DNA of 63,670 nucleotides, the filler included, from Intoshia linei (lineage: Eukaryota; Animalia; Orthonectida): NCBI GenBank assembly GCA_001642005.1. It is 6 parts of 6 records of this genome, joined end to end, with 100 filler letters (N's around TTAATTAATTAA, not from the genome) between each part and the next. Parts side by side here need not be neighbours in the genome. Positions count along the whole stretch, not along the records: positions 36,415 to 57,481 come from LWCA01000660.1; positions 57,582 to 60,459 come from LWCA01002217.1; positions 60,560 to 62,403 come from LWCA01002483.1; positions 62,504 to 63,670 come from LWCA01002752.1; 2 more parts are not named here. One strand, given 5' to 3'. Under the pieces are notes generated by a model. That model was not told the origin of the DNA. It saw only the letters and a list, made by a program, of their open reading frames with translations, and made no database searches. Positions 56,579 through 63,670 of this stretch are shown here, one piece after another. The translations under genes and the position numbers were made by a program. Each line of letters starts with the position of its first letter. Position 1 is the stretch's first letter.

Positions 56579-56657
56579 GTAAGAATTATTACATTTATAA
56601 ACATTGTATATCTTTTAAATAACAGTTTTGTAGCAAGAATTAAAACTTCCGCTATAC

Positions 56658-56906
56658 CAGCGGTTTCTAACATATTTCACATTTAGTACCCCTAAACTAA
56701 AAAAAAATAATTTCTTACTCCATAATAATTTAAATTTATTGTAACTATGACACCTTATCAATTAAAAAAAAATTGTGTTAAAAATGTTAAAACTCACTTG
56801 ACCAAAAATGGATATCTGAAAATTCGTTGATGATTAGACCAGCAGGTACTCCAAAATCATTTCTGGTACCCTTAGGGATCCCAGTACCTTCATTGGGGAA
56901 CCGCTG
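56658..56906. mobile_element. hAT (Charlie-type) MITE, 249 bp
   Basis: CAGCGGTTTCTAA / TTGGGGAACCGCTG; perfect 8-bp TSD cgctatac. Confidence 0.85.
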
Positions 56907-57481
56907 CGCTATACGTAATGATTACAATTTTAATAATTTGATATAATATAATTATATATTTAATAAATCATGGTATATTTAAAAATATTACCTGTTTCAT
57001 TTTGAGCGCAATTATTAACCCATATACTCCCAGTGTGACCATATGGTCACTAGGGTTGTGAAAATTTTAATATTTTTGATTATATTTGAAAAAGCCCATT
57101 ATTCCAAGATGAGAAATTATGATTGATGAAGCTTTATAGGAAAAATTATCAAAAAATTCAAAATAATCTTATGCGCATGAGTGATTTAATAATTACAATA
57201 GACATTGTATTATATTATACAGTGCATTAAAAATAAAATATTGCCAATATTAAAATGAAATAAACAAAATTTAATAGAATTTCATTGAGGGTTTAGTATA
57301 ATAAAACATTGATATGAAAATATATCCAAAATAACCAAAATTAATATGTAAAATAATAACCAAATCAACTAATTTGAAGTATAAGATCATTTAATCTATA
57401 ATATTATATTATCATTTTACAATTTTGTTAAAATAATTCAATATTCTGGTTTCATATGATTTAGGCGATCTATCGACAAAC

Positions 57482-57581
57482 NNNNNNNNNNNNNNNNNNN
57501 NNNNNNNNNNNNNNNNNNNNNNNNNTTAATTAATTAANNNNNNNNNNNNNNNNNNNNNNNNNNNNNNNNNNNNNNNNNNNN
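57482..57581. other. Artificial contig linker
   Basis: N44-TTAATTAATTAA-N44. Confidence 0.97.
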
Positions 57582-58208
57582 TTTAATAAAATATTTCGGA
57601 AAAAAAATGTATGAATACTAAAATGCTTTTTTGACCGTGAAGTCATCGCTTATTAGGATTGAAATTTTCTGTGTGTGTTAACAGGATACAACTGTATCAC
57701 CTGTAAATGTTTTGAAATTTTAGGTATGTTTTCATTAAAAAAAAAGGTTAATTTGTGGTTTTTGCCCTGAAGATTTATATTTTTAAATGTCATGTTTATG
57801 ATTTTAAAATCCGCATCAGCGTATATATTTTTTTCAATTTTCCAACTCGTTTGATTTTCAAAAAGAGGCACAACAGGAGTTTTAGACCCGTAAGATGTGA
57901 AATTGGGGGTTGAGATATATCTTATTATATGNAGGATTGAAATTTTCTGTGTGTGTTAACAGGATACAACTGTATCACCTGTAAATTTTTTTAAATTTTC
58001 CAATTGGTTTAATTTTTAAAAAGAGGGACAACAAGGGTTTTTGACCCTCAAGATGTGAAATTGGGAGGTTGAAATTTATTTTATTATTCGCATAGGAAAA
58101 AACTGTATTAGAAATGTGGTGTTTAAAAAATTCTAAGAGTGCTAGTTATTTCAAAAAAGTTACAACACACACAAACAAAAATTGCGTAGTATATTATATA
58201 AGTTAGGA
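57582..58208 (-). mobile_element. Helitron copy H6, 5' portion
   Basis: a|TCCTAACTTATATAATATACTACGC at 58208 followed by the family's internal repeat units; truncated by the gap. Confidence 0.8.
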
Positions 58209-59364
58209 TAATATTTATTTTCACTAAATGCAATTAGTATATTTTTTCGATAATATGAGACAGTTATTTCGACAAAATACTCACGCATCAGGTAATTATT
58301 TTTAAAATAGAACTTTTTACAGTTGGCGACGACTATTTTAGATATTTTTAAAAAAACAAGAATTTTCCATAATGATTGGATTTTTGAAGTTTTAGTGAAA
58401 TTATATGCATGACTCATATAATGGACTCAATTTTTATGAAAATTTATATATGAATCAATGGATTTGAATCCGTTAACACTATGCGTGTTATATGCAATGA
58501 TTTTAAGACAATAATATGAAAAATAATTTTTTTGGTTAAAATATAATTTAATTTAAAAAAGTTGGTCGAAATATTATTCAATTGATATATCCAAACTTTT
58601 TTCGTTTTTACTTTTAGATGAAATATTAAATTAAATGAATGCAAATGTAAATACGAAATTGATTTAATCAAATATGCGGTTAAGTGATTATGTATAATTT
58701 CTTAATTAATTTATTAGAGAATGTGATTTTTTTTAATTTTGTTAAACTAAAGCTAAATCTACATTTGGTAGACAAATTTATAAAATATAATACATGTCTG
58801 TACATTAGTTTCACAATTATTAATTAATAAGAAATAAAATTAATTGTAACATAGTCTCTTAAAGTTTAATTTCAAGAAAATATATATATTTTTAATTTGA
58901 TATCACAAGGATAAGGTTGTTTGCATTAATATAATTCATATATTTACATAATATAAGTTTATTTAGGAGCAACTTCATGTAAATCTTTTAGTATTATACT
59001 AATTTTATATTAATGAATTAATTAATATTTTCACTAATATTTTCACAAATATTTTACTTTTATTTTTCGGTTTTATTTACAGTTGAGTTTGATGGTGTAT
59101 ATCAGGTTTAACAATTTATTATTAAATTTACGTACACAGTGAATACATTTCAATTTTAAAACAAAGTGTCATTTGGTGTTTTGACTATAATGGTATACGT
59201 TTCTGAAGCTGAGAAATACGACAATGTTTATGATTGTAAAACTACCATTTACAATCTAATTTCGCTAAACTGAAATCCAATTTCGCAAAACTGAAATTCA
59301 TTTTCGCAACTTTAAAAACTTAAAATTGAATTATAAATAAATGTTTATTGTATATTATACAAAA

Positions 59365-59755
59365 CTAGCTTTGCAGTTTTGTACTACGTACAAACAGCAT
59401 TTAGCTCTGCCGAGGGCACTCTTTTATTATACCAAAAAAATAAATTCACGTTGAAAATCTAACTTAAAAATTATACTATTAACTATTATCAATCTTTTGT
59501 TTTGTGAACATTTGCGTAAAGAATTTAAAAACAACTGTTATCCCATTTTTTTAATTTATTAGACAGAATGTGTGTATAATATTAAAAATAAAGTAAAAAC
59601 AGTCCAATCCTAAAAATTGTCATAAATAGCATAAATTCCAAAAAAATAAAATTAGTCCAATACTAAAAATTGTCATAAAGGTGTGAGTTTTGGAAATTGA
59701 AATTTATATTATTATATGTAAAAATTGTCATAAATAGCATAAATTCCAGAAAAAA
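59365..59755 (-). mobile_element. Helitron copy H7, 3' portion
   Basis: GCTGTTTGTACGTAGTACAAAACTGC hairpin then AAAG-CTAG|t; upstream sequence homologous to H1/H3. Confidence 0.8.
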
Positions 59756-60459
59756 GAGACTTACTTACTGACTTACTTACTAGACTTACTGTCTAGGCTG
59801 CTTATATAACATATAAAGTCTAGCTTGTGAATAATCAAAGCTATAGTGAGACTATTAAAAGATTCATTATAAAAGATTTCCTTGAATTTTTTATAAATAA
59901 TGGAGTAATAATGTTAATTCATCTTATGTATACTTAATTTCGGTTTTTTCTTTGGGACTGATATCTTTTCACTAGGTAATTTATTGGATTATTGTATAAA
60001 TAATAATGCATTGTGATATGTTATTATTTTAAAATGTCGACAATACAAATAAACCTGAAATTTTAGAACTGCCTTTACCGCCGCGAATAATTCCTTTTTG
60101 GTTATTTAATAATTCATTTCAGCTGAAGACAAGATCGTTTTTAAATAATTTTTATTATATTATGTTACATACACCCGTATCATTATCGTATGTTAGGATA
60201 CTTTTTGATTTACAACAAGCTGCAAAATAGCACACCGCTTAATGTAGAAATTTTAAAATCGTGAAAATATTTATGAAAAAAATAATTTTTATTTAAGTAT
60301 TAATAATCTTATTTAGGAAATAAATAAATATTTGTAATAGTTAAATATATATATATATATAATTAAATTCTTTATTTTCATATTTTCATTTCAATTTCAT
60401 TCATTACATTTGCTTAAAGAATTTTAAAAACAATTTTTATCCCATTTTTTTAATTTATT

Positions 60460-60559
60460 NNNNNNNNNNNNNNNNNNNNNNNNNNNNNNNNNNNNNNNNN
60501 NNNTTAATTAATTAANNNNNNNNNNNNNNNNNNNNNNNNNNNNNNNNNNNNNNNNNNNN
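60460..60559. other. Artificial contig linker
   Basis: N44-TTAATTAATTAA-N44. Confidence 0.97.
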
Positions 60560-61419
60560 AAAAATATCAGAGATATTTTATATTTTTTAGCTAAATCTAT
60601 CTGTTTGTAATGTTGATTATTTTTTACAAATGAAATGAGTTCATTTTTATTTTTGTAGGTTTGTCGAATCTTTATCTTGCCATTATGATTTTTTTTATGT
60701 TCATTATCTAAAGGGAACGTTCAATAAAAATTATTAAAATTAACAAAACCCATTGGTTTTTCGTTATTAAAAAAATAATTAAATTTATTATAAATTAAAG
60801 CAGTCACATGCAAAAATAAAGTAAACTAAAGTTTAGATTGAGAGGGGTGCACTGTGTTATTTTTCTAAAAATTTATTTTATATTAGTTATATTTTTCTAT
60901 TTTTTGATTAATAGTTTAAAAGATGCACAATTAAACAGTTTACCGACGCATAAATACTGATTTAATAATAATTTTGATTTTAATAAAAAACCTTAATATA
61001 ACCAATTGCTTGAAAATTAATAATTAATTGTTATGAGGTTTATTTATAACTGAAATTTACTATATGAAATAACATCATATTGTCAATTTTTTTAATTTAA
61101 AAGTGCTTTGCATGAGAGTTTTTTAAATCGTTTTTGCATTATTATTTTAGATTGTATAGAATTTAACCCTCTCTTTATTGTACGTGGGTGTAATTACTTA
61201 TTTTTTTAAAAAAATGCAAAATTGCACAACTCTAATATTAGTATTCCGAATGTTTTTTAGAAATTTTTCTATAACTATTGATCAAATATTCTGTTATTTA
61301 TAATGTGAATAAAATTCATTTTATACAAATAAGTATATAATACATTATTAAAACAGGTTTATTATAATATTAATTATAATATGCAATTATGTACAGATAA
61401 AAATATAAAAAATATTAAA

Positions 61420-61608
61420 TTAAGTAATGGTCGAGTTTAGCGAACGCCTTAAGTGTTTTGCTTTTCGATACTTTTGACATATTTGATTGTAGCGGAATCT
61501 TGATAATTTGTGTTCTTCACGTGCCTTTGAAATTACCTATTATAAAAATTATTAAAAATATATTAAATAAATACTTTGACGTCATACTTATAATCATCCA
61601 AATATAAT
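61420..61608 (-). CDS. Possible terminal two exons of an unidentified gene
   Basis: LYLDDYKYDVK|VISKAREEHKLSRFRYNQICQKYRKAKHLRRSLNSTIT* joined by a short GT-AG intron; locally higher GC. Confidence 0.35.
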
Positions 61609-62019
61609 CTATTTTTTATTAATTCATTCGTCAATCCAACACTTTTTTTTAAATTTTAGGGCTGTTTTTATTTCAAAAAAAATAGTAATGTGAGTTTTGA
61701 TCGTGAAAATTATTTATTTCATTACTTTAATTCAGGAATTAAGACACAAAAAAATACCGCGTTCACCGAATTTTACAAAAAACTCTTAATAATTTTTTAC
61801 AAATGTTATTTTCTCATTTTTTTCTAAGAAAAATCAAATATGATATTATCAAAACTGATATCATTCTCAATTGACATTAAAAAGAGCGCATTCAAACGAA
61901 GTTAAGCTAAGCAATTTCGAAGTTCATTCTTAATTATTTTTAGTTTAAAAAAAGTTCAAACTTCGATAAACTTTAAAACTTATAAACGGATTATTAAAAT
62001 ATAATTGTGAGTATTTTTT

Positions 62020-62181
62020 AATAAATTGGGGCTTCTTTTTAAAATAAATGTTAAAAATTTTTATTTATTTAAGGGCCTCTTTTTAAAATATAAATATAAG
62101 TACTTTTATTAATTTGGGGGCCTTTTTTAATAAGGGGCCCTGGGTTACAGCTTATATTTCCCATGCCTTAAAACAACTCTG
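62020..62181 (-). mobile_element. hAT-like element end (sibling of 55799)
   Basis: Reverse complement reads CAGAGTTGTTTTAAGGCATGGGAAATATAAGCTGTAACCCAGGGCCCC, with shared downstream sequence. Confidence 0.65.
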
Positions 62182-62403
62182 ACAAGGGTGTTTCAAAAAG
62201 TAAAAATTATGCGAGTTTTTCTTAGCCTTAGTAAAAATTAGTTAGTATTTATATTTAGAGTACTATGTGACTTTTATTTTTTTAAAACGTTGGTGGTCGA
62301 ATTGCGCACTGCAAATAAATATTTTTCTAAAAAATATTGAAAAATAGTATATCTAAATTCTCATTGGTTGATATATCAAAATTAACAACAAATATGAATA
62401 TTA

Positions 62404-62503
62404 NNNNNNNNNNNNNNNNNNNNNNNNNNNNNNNNNNNNNNNNNNNNTTAATTAATTAANNNNNNNNNNNNNNNNNNNNNNNNNNNNNNNNNNNNNNNNN
62501 NNN
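62404..62503. other. Artificial contig linker
   Basis: N44-TTAATTAATTAA-N44. Confidence 0.97.
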
Positions 62504-63670
62504 TTTGGATAATTCATTTTGATCTTGCAATTTCATTAGAAATGGGTTATTTATGGAATCTCTGGAATGTTTCCAGATTTCTGAGCTTTTTTTGCGACGA
62601 TTCAATGTCCTATAAATAGTGCGTTTTTCGTTCTGCCGCATGTTGTCTACAGAAAATTTTTCCAGAGTATGCTCATATTTAACTTCCACATCGACCACAG
62701 GTTTGCTACTAGTCTTGCATTTTTCCATGTTATTTGTGTGTTTGACAAACATGTTGAGAACATCATTAGGTAATTTATCCAACGTGGGCAAAACATATAC
62801 GGTATCAGTGGTAAAATTACCAGTGTTCCCAGTTCTAATGCATTCTCCAAATAAATATGAATCTTTTTGAGTCAAAATTGCTTCCCCAGTGTCATTAACC
62901 AATTTTAACAAATCGCCTTTAAAATAAGATATAAAATTATCATCTCCCTTATTATCAAAATTTTGCAATGAAACAACAAACCTAGATCGACTTTTTAAAC
63001 CATTAAGAAAAAATAATAACAAATCATGAATATCTGACGAATTTGCTGATGTAAATGTATAATCATCACCTTTAACGGTTGACAAACTAAAACTTTGTCC
63101 ATTCAATTTTCCAGATCTTGACAGTGAAACTGCAGTAATTTCGGGGAAATTCAGTTCCAATAAAACTTGTTCAAATTCATCTACTACGTATAATCCAGTC
63201 CAATTTACAGCTATGACTATATCATTTCTCGGTAAGGAGGGACCGGAGAATTTATAAGCATCATAAAATCTGGAAAACAGCAATGGCCATCGACATTTTG
63301 AATAAGCTACCAAATCTTGCTTTAGAGCTATAGATGTTGGCTTATTGTGAGATAATTTGTCGTACGCTATGCATATTCCTTGTATCCAATATCCTATACC
63401 ACCTTTTTTTAGACAGTTATCAGGTAAGTAATTTGTTAGCAAGTCAGCTAATTTAGTAGTATCCAATGTTGGAGCACCTCCAGTTTCAATATAATATTGT
63501 TGCGCTGCAATCATTGCCAATTCTTTATCCTAAAATATTTTTTATAAACTAAAATCTAATATTTAAAAATAATTACCTTATCGCATCTGTATTCACCATA
63601 TCTTATACCACGAACTAATTGCTGGTAAATTAGTTTTGTAGCTATTGAATCCAATCTAGGATCGTGCCAT
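62504..63670 (-). CDS. MYO7A: Unconventional myosin VIIa, FERM1-SH3-start of MyTH4 (internal fragment)
   Basis: [25 protein letters not shown]|[58 protein letters not shown], an SH3 with FKGDLL, and VYVLPTL. Confidence 0.93.

Noticed and set aside
58230-58420. Exon-like segments that might be the VPS11 3' end
   Set aside because: Different contig, ambiguous frame and only suggestive similarity.
59940-60180. Possible terminal exons on the minus strand
   Set aside because: An in-frame stop precedes the open stretch and no consistent acceptor was found.
55799-62181. Inverted hAT-like ends suggesting one 6.4-kb transposon capturing VPS11 exons
   Set aside because: The two ends are on different contigs separated by two linkers, are copies of the same end, and have no matching TSD.

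Overview
AT-rich animal genomic DNA made of six contigs joined by five artificial 100-nt N-TTAATTAATTAA-N linkers. Genes are compact and multi-exon, with very short introns (typically about 33-45 nt). By hand I reconstructed RSPH9, a TIR + EF-hand-like + HEAT protein, OSBPL9, PORCN, an SFT2-family gene, a TMEM186/TMEM70-like ORF, a tandem-domain pseudo-tyrosine-phosphatase, TMEM62, MCM3, VMAT (SLC18A), mitochondrial GrpE, a secreted CXXC/furin-repeat protein, the 5' part of VPS11 (missed by the ORF track) and part of myosin VIIa. Tiny introns, divergent proteins, and cilia plus monoamine genes are consistent with a reduced-genome invertebrate such as an orthonectid; this is inference and unconfirmed. 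Most longer introns and intergenic stretches contain DNA transposons: a non-autonomous Helitron family, several hAT types, piggyBac, Tc1/IS630 and MITEs with 2-, 3-, 7- and 8-bp TSDs, including a deeply nested cluster in a TMEM62 intron. The most interesting items are the doubly inactive cytosolic PTP, the TIR-HEAT protein, the relaxed splice-site grammar and the repeat-carrying Helitron. I found no unambiguous novel multi-gene system. All protein identities come from remembered motif similarity, not database searches.
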